In this document: in pieces, positions 34,061 to 42,389 of the stretch
Position numbering within the stretch: the first letter of the stretch is position 1
How the letters are laid out: each line of letters starts with the position of its first letter
From: Anaeromyxobacteraceae bacterium
GTDB taxonomy: Bacteria; Myxococcota; Myxococcia; Myxococcales; Anaeromyxobacteraceae
Length of the DNA: 64,000 nt
Assembly (NCBI GenBank): GCA_047602405.1
Contig: JASGHJ010000001.1
Location: 448,001-512,000 of the forward strand
Direction of reading: 5' to 3'
The notes under the pieces: model-generated
Database searches by the model: none
Told to the model about the DNA's origin: nothing
The model's input: only the letters and a program-made list of their open reading frames with translations
Translations under genes and position numbers: made by a program

Positions 34061-35152
34061 CTACTTCGCCGCGATCCAGCCGTCCTTCACGAGCAGCTCG
34101 GCCGTGAGCACCGCCCCGCCCGCCGCGCCGCGCACCGTGTTGTGCGACAGCGAGACGAAGCGCCAGCCGAAGAGCGGGTCGGGCCGGAGCCGGCCGATGG
34201 CCACGCCCATGCCGTTGCCGATGTCGCGGTCGAGCCGCGTCTGCGGGCGGGCGTCGTCCTCGAAGTAGGTGAGGAACGGCCGCGGCGCGCTCGGGAGCTC
34301 GAGCTCCTGGGGGCGCGGCACCCAGGCCTTCCACGCGGCGAGGATCTCCTCGCGCGTCGGCTTCTTCTCGAACTCGACGAACGCGGCGGCCATGTGGCCG
34401 TCGGAGGCGGGGACGCGGATGCACTGCGCCGAGATCACCGGCGCGGTGGCCTTCTCGATCGCGCTCGCGCCGAGCTTGCCCCAGATCTTGAGCGGCTCGT
34501 TCTCGCTCTTCTCCTCCTCGCCCTTGATGAAGGGGATGAGGTTGTCCTGCATCTCGGGCCAGGTCTCGAAGGTCTTCCCGGCGCCGGAGATCGCCTGGTA
34601 GGTGCAGACCGCGACGCGCCGGGGGCCGAAGCCCATGAGCGGGTGGAGGGCCGGGACGTAGCTCTGGAGCGAGCAGTTCGGCTTCACCGCGACGAAGCCG
34701 CGCTTCGCGCCGAGGCGGCGCCGCTGGGCCTCGATGACCTTCGCGTGCTCCCAGTTGATCTCGGGGATCATCATCGGCACGTCGGGCGTGCCGCGGTGGG
34801 CCGAGTTGTTGGAGACGAGCGGGGTCTCGTGGCGCGCGTAGGCCTCCTCGAGCTTCGCCGTCTCCTCCTTCGACATGTCGACGGCGCAGAAGACGAAGTC
34901 GACCTCGGCGGAGATGGCCTCGACCTCGGCGGCGTTCTTCACGACGAGCCCGGCGACCGCCGACGGCATCGGCGCGGCGAGCGCCCAGCGTCCGCGCACC
35001 GCCTCGGCGTAGGGCTTGCCGGCCGAGGAGGGGCTCGCCGCGACGAGCGTCACCTCGAACCAGGGGTGCCTCTCGAGCAGCGTGAGGAACCGCTGCCCGA
35101 CCATGCCCGTCGCGCCCAGCACTCCGACCTTGAGCTTCCGCTGCGGTGCCAT
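34061..35152 (-). CDS. asd: Aspartate-semialdehyde dehydrogenase
   Basis: VLGATGMVGQRF, SNNSAHR, KPNC, YQAISGAG, SHNTVRGAAGG. Confidence 0.96.
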   Translation of the reverse strand: MAPQRKLKVGVLGATGMVGQRFLTLLERHPWFEVTLVAASPSSAGKPYAEAVRGRWALAAPMPSAVAGLVVKNAAEVEAISAEVDFVFCAVDMSKEETAKLEEAYARHETPLVSNNSAHRGTPDVPMMIPEINWEHAKVIEAQRRRLGAKRGFVAVKPNCSLQSYVPALHPLMGFGPRRVAVCTYQAISGAGKTFETWPEMQDNLIPFIKGEEEKSENEPLKIWGKLGASAIEKATAPVISAQCIRVPASDGHMAAAFVEFEKKPTREEILAAWKAWVPRPQELELPSAPRPFLTYFEDDARPQTRLDRDIGNGMGVAIGRLRPDPLFGWRFVSLSHNTVRGAAGGAVLTAELLVKDGWIAAK

Positions 35153-35280
35153 CCGTCCGTCCTCGCGAGAAAAGGGCCGCAGGATATCACCCCTGCCGGG
35201 TATCCGCCAAAGCGGATGCCCCGGGCCCTGGCCGCCGCCCGGCCGGAATGCAGCGGGCAGGCGCAGGGTTTCACGGGAGC

Positions 35281-35523
35281 ATGGCTGCCGCACCGCAGCG
35301 CGTTCGCCTGATCGTCCGTCCCGGGACCTCGCCGCAGCGCGTCCGGGCGCTCGCCGCCTGGGTGCGCGTCCTCTTGCCCGCGGCGATGCTGGTCATCGCC
35401 GCCCCCGGCGCGCTCGGCGACGCGGACGGCGACGACGTGCCGGACACGATCTCGGTCGACGCGGACGCGGTGCCCTCCGGGCCGCTGTCGCTCGCGTCGG
35501 CGCTCACCCGCGGGAAGCGTTGA
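35281..35523 (+). CDS. Small hypothetical membrane or secreted protein (80 aa)
   Basis: GGGAG RBS before ATG; GC3 bias; hydrophobic stretch followed by DADGDDVPD. Confidence 0.45.
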   Translation: MAAAPQRVRLIVRPGTSPQRVRALAAWVRVLLPAAMLVIAAPGALGDADGDDVPDTISVDADAVPSGPLSLASALTRGKR

Positions 35524-36262
35524 CTCCGTAAAAGACCTCGTCGAGGCACAGCCCCTGAGGCGGCGCGGTGCGGCCGGCCCTCGTGCGGTCCTTCGAGGCG
35601 AGCACCTCGGCGACCCACGCCGGCTCGCGGCGGCCCTGGCCGACCTCGACGAGCGTGCCGACGAAGTTGCGGATCATGTGCTTCACGAACGCGGTCGCCT
35701 CGACGAAGATCTCGATCCGCCCGCTCGCGGCCTCGACGAGCTCGAGCCGGCGCACGTCGCGCACCGCGTGCTCGGACGCGCAGTCGGCGGCCTGGAACGC
35801 GGCGAAGTCGTGGCGGCCGACGAGGTGCTCCGCGCCCGCGCGCATCGCGGCGACGTCGAGCCTCCCGAAGAGCTGCCAGGCGCGCCGCCGGGTGAGCGGG
35901 GCGCGCGTCTCGAGCTGCTCGATGGTGTAGACGTAGCGCTTGCCGAGCGCGCTCCGGCGCGCGTCGAAGCCGTCGGGCTCGACGCTCGCCGCGCGCACCG
36001 CGACGTCCTCGGGCAGGAGCGCGTTCATCCCCTTGACGTACGCGGTGAGCGGGAGCGGCCGCTCCTCCGGGAACGACACCACCTGCCCGCGCGCGTGCAC
36101 GCCCGCGTCGGTGCGGCCGGCCGCGGTGACGCGGCCCTCGACCTTGCGGAGCGTCGCGAGCGCGCGCTCGAGCTCGGCCTGGATGGACGGGCCGTTCGGC
36201 TGGACCTGCCAGCCCACGTAGCGCGTCCCGTCGTACTCCACGATGAGCTTCACGACCGGCAC
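35504..36262 (-). CDS. truA: tRNA pseudouridine(38-40) synthase
   Basis: EYDGTRYVGWQVQ, AGRTDAGVHA, HDFAAF, TAPPQGL. Confidence 0.97.
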   Translation of the reverse strand: MPVVKLIVEYDGTRYVGWQVQPNGPSIQAELERALATLRKVEGRVTAAGRTDAGVHARGQVVSFPEERPLPLTAYVKGMNALLPEDVAVRAASVEPDGFDARRSALGKRYVYTIEQLETRAPLTRRRAWQLFGRLDVAAMRAGAEHLVGRHDFAAFQAADCASEHAVRDVRRLELVEAASGRIEIFVEATAFVKHMIRNFVGTLVEVGQGRREPAWVAEVLASKDRTRAGRTAPPQGLCLDEVFYGVNASRG

Positions 36263-36289
36263 GGGCGGACGCTACCACCGGGGCACTCC

Positions 36290-36360
36290 GCTGTCCTTCC
36301 GGGGGGCTCGGCGCCCCCCGCCCCGCTGAGCGAAGCTCATCGAGGCCCCACCCCGGCAGC
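36290..36360. repeat. REP-like double-hairpin element in a divergent intergenic region
   Basis: CGGGGGGC-tcggc-GCCCCCCG (36300-36320) and TGAGC-GAA-GCTCA (36327-36339); single copy in this window. Confidence 0.35.
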
Positions 36361-36383
36361 AGCCACGCCGCTAGGATGCGGCG

Positions 36384-37904
36384 GTGCCCTCACCCACCGA
36401 TCGCCTCGCCCGGCTCGGCCCGGCCGTGCTCGCGGGCGCGACCTTCGTCCTGCACGCCGCCGCCTGGGACCGCTACGGCGTCTTCCGCGACGAGCTGTAC
36501 TTCATCGCCTGCGGGCTCCGGCCGTCGGTGGGCTACCTCGACCAGCCGCCCGGCATCGCGCTCGTGGCCGGGCTCGCCCACGCGGTCTTCGGCACCTGGG
36601 TCCCCGGGCTGCGCCTGCCGGCGTGGCTGGCGGCCGCCGCGATCGTCTGGCTCGCCGGGCGGCTCGCCCTCCGGCTCGGCGGCGGCGGGCGCGCGGCGGT
36701 GCTGGCCTCGCTCGCCGTGACGTGCGCGCCGCTCCTGCGCGGCCTCGGCCACCTCCTCACGATGAACGTCTTCGAGGGGCTGCTCGTCCTCGCGCTCGCG
36801 AACGTGCTCGTCGACCTCGCGCGGGGCGAGGCCTCCCCCCGCGCCTGGGTGGCCGCCGGCGCCCTCGCGGCCGGCGCGGTGCTCATGAAGTACAGCTCCG
36901 CGATGCTGGTCCTCGCCTTCCTGGCGGGCCTCGTCGCGACGCCGGCGCGCGCCGTGCTCCGCACGCGGTGGGTCCTCGCCGGCGCCGCGCTCGGGCTCGC
37001 GCTCGTCCTGCCGAACGTGCTCTGGCAGGCGTCGCAGGGCTTCCCGTTCCTGGAGCTCGTCCGCAACGGGCAGCTCCACAAGAACGCGCCGTTCTCCCTC
37101 GGCGGCTTCCTCGGCTCGCTCGCGATGGACGGCGGCCCCTGGAACGCGCTCGTCGCGCTCGCGGGCCTCGCCTGGCTCCTGTCGCGCGCGGCGGGCCCGG
37201 CGCACTTCCTCGGGTTCGGCGCGCTCCTCTACCTCCTCGCCCTCCTCGCGACGAAGGGGAAGGCCTACTACTTCGGCATCGCGCTCCCGGTGCTGCTCGC
37301 GGCCGGCGCGGTCGCCCTCGCGCGTCTCCTCGAGCACCGCCCCCGGCTCCTCGTCGCGACCGCCGCGCTCGTCGCGACCCAGCTCGCCGCCGCGCCGCTC
37401 GCCATCCCGCTCCTCTCCGAGGAGAGGTTCGTCGCGTACCAGGCGGCGCTCGGCGTACGGCCGGCCGCGCTCGAGCGCGACCGCCAGGGCGCGCTCCCGC
37501 AGGTGTACGCCGACATGCACGGCTGGCAGGCGCTCGCGGATGCCGTGGCGCGCGTCGCCCGGACGCTGCCCGAGGCCGAGCGCGCCACCGCGGTCGTGTT
37601 CGGGGAGAACTACGGCCAGGCGGCCGCGGTCGACCTGCTCGCCGCGCCCGGCACGCCGCCTGCCGTGTCCGGGCACAACCACTACGGGCTGTGGGGCATC
37701 CCGCCCGGCCGCGGCGACCCGGTCATCGTCGTCGGCGACGACCACGAGGACTGCGCCCACGCCTTCCGCGAGGTCGTGAAGGTCGAGACCCTCCCGCACG
37801 ATCCCTGGGTCAGGCCGGCGGAGGACGGGAAGTCGCTCTGGATCTGCCGCGGCGCGACGCAGCCGCTCGGGGCGCTGTGGCCCCGGCTCCGGCACGTGAA
37901 CTGA
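36384..37904 (+). CDS. ArnT/PMT-like (GT39/GT83) membrane glycosyltransferase
   Basis: FRDELYF, GYLDQPP, KY motif, many TMs, NYGQA, SGHNHY. Confidence 0.88.
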   Translation: MPSPTDRLARLGPAVLAGATFVLHAAAWDRYGVFRDELYFIACGLRPSVGYLDQPPGIALVAGLAHAVFGTWVPGLRLPAWLAAAAIVWLAGRLALRLGGGGRAAVLASLAVTCAPLLRGLGHLLTMNVFEGLLVLALANVLVDLARGEASPRAWVAAGALAAGAVLMKYSSAMLVLAFLAGLVATPARAVLRTRWVLAGAALGLALVLPNVLWQASQGFPFLELVRNGQLHKNAPFSLGGFLGSLAMDGGPWNALVALAGLAWLLSRAAGPAHFLGFGALLYLLALLATKGKAYYFGIALPVLLAAGAVALARLLEHRPRLLVATAALVATQLAAAPLAIPLLSEERFVAYQAALGVRPAALERDRQGALPQVYADMHGWQALADAVARVARTLPEAERATAVVFGENYGQAAAVDLLAAPGTPPAVSGHNHYGLWGIPPGRGDPVIVVGDDHEDCAHAFREVVKVETLPHDPWVRPAEDGKSLWICRGATQPLGALWPRLRHVN

Positions 37905-37952
37905 TCGGTCCCTGGCCCTCCGGCGCGGCCGGCGATCCTGCGCTCGCGTTCG

Positions 37953-38002
37953 TTGACCGGGCGCCTCCGGCCGCGCTATATGCCTTCAACTTTCCTTGAA
38001 GG
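37953..38002 (+). promoter_or_regulatory. Sigma70-like promoter followed by palindromic operator CCTTCAA-N6-TTGAAGG
   Basis: TTGACC(37953)-N18-TATATG(37977); inverted repeat at 37983-38002; same core as 45960-45977. Confidence 0.65.
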
Positions 38003-38012
38003 AATTCTCCAC

Positions 38013-39056
38013 GTGAAGGATCAGGCCGTCCTCTCCCAGCTCGAAGAGAGCGCCCTGCGCGGCGTGCGCCCGGAGCGCGCGCAGGCCGCGCTCGCGGACG
38101 TGCCGAACCTCCTGGAGACGCTCTCCACGCTCGAGGCCGAGCTCACCCGCGCCACCGAGGACGCCGAGGCGAAGCTGCAGGCCGCCGCGCGCCACCTCGT
38201 CTCCGCGGGCGGCAAGCGCATCCGCCCGATGGTGACGCTGCTCTCCTGCGGCGCGTGCGGCGGCGAGATGTCGACCGCGGTGCCGTACGCCGTCTCGGCC
38301 GAGCTCACGCACTCGGCGACGCTGCTCCACGACGACGTCATCGACGACGGCCCGGTGCGCCGCGGCCAGCCCGCCTCGCGCGTCATCTGGGGGAACGCGG
38401 TCTCGGTGCTCTCGGGCGACTGGCTCCTCACCCGCGCGCTCGAGGTGGTGTCGCGCGAGCCCGGCCGCCCGGCCGCGCTCCCCGCGCTGCTCGCCACGAT
38501 GCGGCGGCTCGTCGAGGGCGAGGTGCTGCAGCTCTCCTTGCGGGGCACGTTCGCCGCGAGCGAGAAGGACTACCTCGACGTCGTCATCGGCAAGACCGCC
38601 TCGCTGTTCGGCTGGGCCGCCGCCGCGGGGGCCTGGGCCGCCGGGAAGAACGGCGCCCTCCCCGACGCGCTCTCCCGCTTCGGCGAGGGCATCGGCATCG
38701 CGTTCCAGCTCGTCGACGACGCGCTCGACTACGCGGCCGACCCCGCGCTGCTCGGCAAGCGGCTCGGCACCGATCTCATCGAGGGCAAGGCCACCCTGCC
38801 GCTCATCCGGGCCTGCGAGGCCGAGCCCCGGCTGCGCGAGCGGCTCGCCGCGCTCGTCGCCGGCAAGGACGAGGGCGACGCGGTCGCGGCCGACGTCATC
38901 GGCGTCGTGAAGAAGGTCGGCGGCGTCGAGGCCGCCCGCGCGATGGCCCGCGAGCACACGCACCGCGCGATGGCCGCGCTCGACGAGGTCCCGGACGGCG
39001 TGCACCGCCGGGCGCTCCGCGAGGCCGCGGGGCACCTCACCGAGCGGGCGTTCTAG
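38013..39056 (+). CDS. Trans-polyprenyl diphosphate synthase (IspB/HepT-like)
   Basis: GGKRIRP, LLHDDVIDD, RRG, KTASLF, FQLVDDALD, GTDLIEGKATLP. Confidence 0.94.
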   Translation: MKDQAVLSQLEESALRGVRPERAQAALADVPNLLETLSTLEAELTRATEDAEAKLQAAARHLVSAGGKRIRPMVTLLSCGACGGEMSTAVPYAVSAELTHSATLLHDDVIDDGPVRRGQPASRVIWGNAVSVLSGDWLLTRALEVVSREPGRPAALPALLATMRRLVEGEVLQLSLRGTFAASEKDYLDVVIGKTASLFGWAAAAGAWAAGKNGALPDALSRFGEGIGIAFQLVDDALDYAADPALLGKRLGTDLIEGKATLPLIRACEAEPRLRERLAALVAGKDEGDAVAADVIGVVKKVGGVEAARAMAREHTHRAMAALDEVPDGVHRRALREAAGHLTERAF

Positions 39057-40612
39057 GGCGCGGGCGGCGGCGGCACGCCCAGCCGGGCCGGCAGGACACC
39101 ATCCGGCACGTCGGCGGGAGTCCGCGAGACCTCCACCCAGCTCGCACCGTCGTACTGGAAGTCGATCGCGCGGGAGGAGGCCGGGCCCGGGCTGGTCCAG
39201 GGCGAGAGCCGGAACACCGGGTGCCAGGACACGGCGCCGAGCGGTCCGCCGGACGCGTTGCGGATCCGGATGGTGATGCGCTGCCCCGGCGCGGGGTTGA
39301 TGGGCGGCTCCAGCCGGAAGGGGTCCCGCCGGGTCGCCGTGATGACGTGCTCGTTCCCCGCCGCGGCGTCGATGACGAGCCGCTCGGCGAAGACCGGCGT
39401 GACACGGCCCGTGACGAGCGCGGGGGCCCGCACCCGCGCCCCTTCCACCGCGAGCGTCGCCGCGCCGCGCTCCCCGGTCCTCCGGAGCTGCACGTCCGCG
39501 GTGCCGGTGGCGGCGCCCGCCTCGCCCGCCGGGAAGTCGAGCCCGTGGAAGACCATCGGGTGCTCCAGCCAGAGGTTGCTCTTCGACCCCGACATCCCCG
39601 CCGCGGGCACCTGCCGCTCGCCGAGCCTGATCGAGCCGGCGATGCTCAGCTCGCCCGACACCCAGCGGCCGAACCACGCCGTGGGCGTGCGCGCGAAGGG
39701 GAGCTCGACGGCGACCGCGCCCGCCCCGCCCGCGTCGTCGATCTCGCCTCCCTGGAGCTCCAGCGCCGGCTCGGGCGCCCACGAGCGCTCCAGCACGACG
39801 TGGCCCACCGCGTCGCCCGGCACGTCCACGTAGCACCCGCTGCAGCCGAGCCGCACGCTGTCGAGGTGGATCGCGGTGGCGCCCGGGGCGTTCCAGCCGT
39901 TGAAGTGCGCGTTCGCGGCGAAGATCGCGGTCACGAACCCCGGCCCGTACTCGGCCCGGAAGCCCGACCTGCGCGCCGCGGAGGTGTGGAAGTTCGAGAA
40001 CCAGATCGCGAAGCTCGAGGCCGTCGGCGTGGACTCGATGCGCACGTTGTCGCGGCCGAACCCGGTCGCGATCACGCCGTCCACCGTCACCCCCTGGGCA
40101 CCGCGCACGACGAGCCCGTCGCTCGAGCCACCCGCGCCCGTGCCGACCAGCGCCAGGTCGCGGATCGTGATGCCCTGGCGCCGGACCAGCCCCCCGCCCA
40201 CCTGGAGGACCGGGACCGTCGGATCACCCGGACGCAGGGACGTCGCGGCGAGGCCGCTGTCCACGTTGCCGGAGCCCGCGCCCTCGATCCGGACCCGATC
40301 GGCGTCGACGAGCAGGTTCATGCGGTAGGTGCCGCGTGGGACGACGATGGTCCCGCCGTTTCCCCGCACCGCGGCGTACGCGGCCTGGAAGGCGCCCGTG
40401 TCGTCGGCCACGCCGTCGCCGATCGCGCCGAAGTCCCTCACGTTGACCTGCTCGGCGAACCGGTCGGCGAGCGCGCGCTCAGCCGTGGCGCCGCGCGCCG
40501 TGACCACCACGTCCCCGTTCGTGATCCCGGACCCCTCCGTCGCCGGTGCGACCGGCTCCGCCCCGAGGGCGAGCCCCGGCAGGACCAGCAACGCGATCAG
40601 GCTCTTCGCCAT
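39053..40612 (-). CDS. Secreted pectate-lyase-3/tailspike-like beta-helix protein
   Basis: Signal peptide; VNVRDFGAIGDGVADDTGAFQAA, VVPRGTY; beta-helix-like repeats. Confidence 0.8.
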   Translation of the reverse strand: MAKSLIALLVLPGLALGAEPVAPATEGSGITNGDVVVTARGATAERALADRFAEQVNVRDFGAIGDGVADDTGAFQAAYAAVRGNGGTIVVPRGTYRMNLLVDADRVRIEGAGSGNVDSGLAATSLRPGDPTVPVLQVGGGLVRRQGITIRDLALVGTGAGGSSDGLVVRGAQGVTVDGVIATGFGRDNVRIESTPTASSFAIWFSNFHTSAARRSGFRAEYGPGFVTAIFAANAHFNGWNAPGATAIHLDSVRLGCSGCYVDVPGDAVGHVVLERSWAPEPALELQGGEIDDAGGAGAVAVELPFARTPTAWFGRWVSGELSIAGSIRLGERQVPAAGMSGSKSNLWLEHPMVFHGLDFPAGEAGAATGTADVQLRRTGERGAATLAVEGARVRAPALVTGRVTPVFAERLVIDAAAGNEHVITATRRDPFRLEPPINPAPGQRITIRIRNASGGPLGAVSWHPVFRLSPWTSPGPASSRAIDFQYDGASWVEVSRTPADVPDGVLPARLGVPPPPAP

Positions 40613-40690
40613 GGACCTCTCCCTCCGGGCATCGTGACGAGCACCCTACGTGCGAGGCGGGACGTTGGGTAGCGCCCGACGGGAGTCGGG

Positions 40691-42301
40691 CTACGGCGCC
40701 GCGGGGGAGCGGACCGGCGCGACCGTGGCCGGGTACGCCACCGTCGCGCTCGCCTGCAGCCCCGGCAGGTTGATCCGCGAGAAGTCCCGGTTGGTCCGCT
40801 TCGAGCGCGCGAGCTGCGCGCCGAGCTCGAAGCCACCCACCAGCCAGACCGCGCGTCCGCCCGTGACGAGCTCGACGTCGTGGGCCGGGTACTGCGGCTC
40901 GGTGAACTCGTCGACCGCCCAGTAGTACGCGTCGTTGCGGCGGATCCGCTCGACGAAGCCGCCGAGGCGCCCCCACCCGGTGAACACGTCGACGCCGACG
41001 AACTGCGCGTCGCCTCCGGGCCCGATCGAGGCGCCGAGCATCTGGCCGTCGTGGGTGTATCCCGCGCCGTTGGGGTGCGTGTACCAGACCGGGACGCCCC
41101 GCGGATTCTCGAGCGGCCGCTGCTCCTGGAGGTGCGTGAGCTCCGCCTGAAGCCTCACCCACCCCGGCCCCGCGACCCAGAGCTTCTCGAGGCCGAGCAC
41201 GTACGCCTGGGTGTGATCCGGCTCGTTCACGTAGTTCCCGAGGCTCCACTCCGCGTCGTCGCGTCCCCACTCCGCGTGGATGCGCAGCCCGGCCTCCGGG
41301 AAGGCCCACCGGAAGAACAGCGACGCGAGCTGGTTGTCGGGCTCGAGCTGCTGGGTGACCCCCTGCGACACCGGCAGCAGCTTGTGGAGCGTGAAGTCGC
41401 CCCACCGCTGCACGAAGACGCGCATGGCACCCACCGTCAACCCCGGGATCCAGCGCGGCGTGTAGTCGAGCACGAGCCCGGTGACGAACCCCGCGCGCCG
41501 GTCGGCGGCGTACCGGGTCCGCTCGAGCCGCCCCCAGAACAGGAGCGCCTCCGCCTTCCCGATCCCGACGTCCGCCGGCCTCGACGTCCCGAGGAAGGCG
41601 TGCGGGAACCCAGGGCCCGCGTTCGTCATGAGGAGCGTGTTCCGGATGCCGGGGCCGAGCCAGAGGTTCTCGGTCGAGACCCCGGCGCCCACGTTCCAGG
41701 CGTCGACCCTCAGGTAGCTCTGGCCGGGCGACCACTCCGCGAAGGCACGATCACCGGGGCGGAGCGGGAAGTCGATGAGGTCGCCGTAGTACCGGTTCTG
41801 CCACCGCAGGTCCCCGGTGAGGCCGTTGCCGGGCAGGTAGAAGTCGCGGTTCTGGGAGGCCGCGAGCTCCGGCAGGATCGCCGCCGAGACCGCACCCCAC
41901 CGCAGCCGGAGCCCGCCCGACACCATCCCCGAGAGCCCCCGGCCCTGCCAGACCAGGCCGTCGTTGCCGCTCGCGGGGTACTTCGAGTTCTCGTGGGACG
42001 CGAGCCGGAGCGGGACCACCCCGAGCTCGACCGGGCCCAGGTTCACGGAGGGCGCGGCGGGGAGCGCCCAGGGCAGCGCCGCCCCCGCGCACGTGCCCGC
42101 CGCGCGCGCGCCGGCGCGCCGGATGACGCCGGGCTCCGCCGGCGCGGCGCCGACGAGCTCGGCCGTGCGCAGGAGCTCGACCGCCGGGGTGTCGAGGCCG
42201 TCGATCACCACCTCCGCCCCGGCGTCGCACGGCGCGGCCGCCCGCGCGGTGACGGAGGCGAGCGCGAGGACGGCCACGGCGAAGGGCCCGCGAACGTGCA
42301 T
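40691..42301 (-). CDS. Capsule assembly Wzi-family outer membrane protein
   Basis: Signal peptide; NDGLVWQGRG, STENLWLGPG.RN.LLM.NAGPGFPH, DNQLAS, MLGASIGPG. Confidence 0.82.
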   Translation of the reverse strand: MHVRGPFAVAVLALASVTARAAAPCDAGAEVVIDGLDTPAVELLRTAELVGAAPAEPGVIRRAGARAAGTCAGAALPWALPAAPSVNLGPVELGVVPLRLASHENSKYPASGNDGLVWQGRGLSGMVSGGLRLRWGAVSAAILPELAASQNRDFYLPGNGLTGDLRWQNRYYGDLIDFPLRPGDRAFAEWSPGQSYLRVDAWNVGAGVSTENLWLGPGIRNTLLMTNAGPGFPHAFLGTSRPADVGIGKAEALLFWGRLERTRYAADRRAGFVTGLVLDYTPRWIPGLTVGAMRVFVQRWGDFTLHKLLPVSQGVTQQLEPDNQLASLFFRWAFPEAGLRIHAEWGRDDAEWSLGNYVNEPDHTQAYVLGLEKLWVAGPGWVRLQAELTHLQEQRPLENPRGVPVWYTHPNGAGYTHDGQMLGASIGPGGDAQFVGVDVFTGWGRLGGFVERIRRNDAYYWAVDEFTEPQYPAHDVELVTGGRAVWLVGGFELGAQLARSKRTNRDFSRINLPGLQASATVAYPATVAPVRSPAAP

Positions 42302-42389
42302 GGTCCGCACTCTACCTCACGCCGCGTCATTCCCCTGCGCCACCCATCCCGGCCCCTGTTCACGGCGGGCGCGATGCTACGCTCGGTTC

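Noticed and set aside
39053..40612. Prophage remnant
   Set aside because: No integrase, capsid, terminase or att-like repeats, and the protein has a host-type signal peptide.
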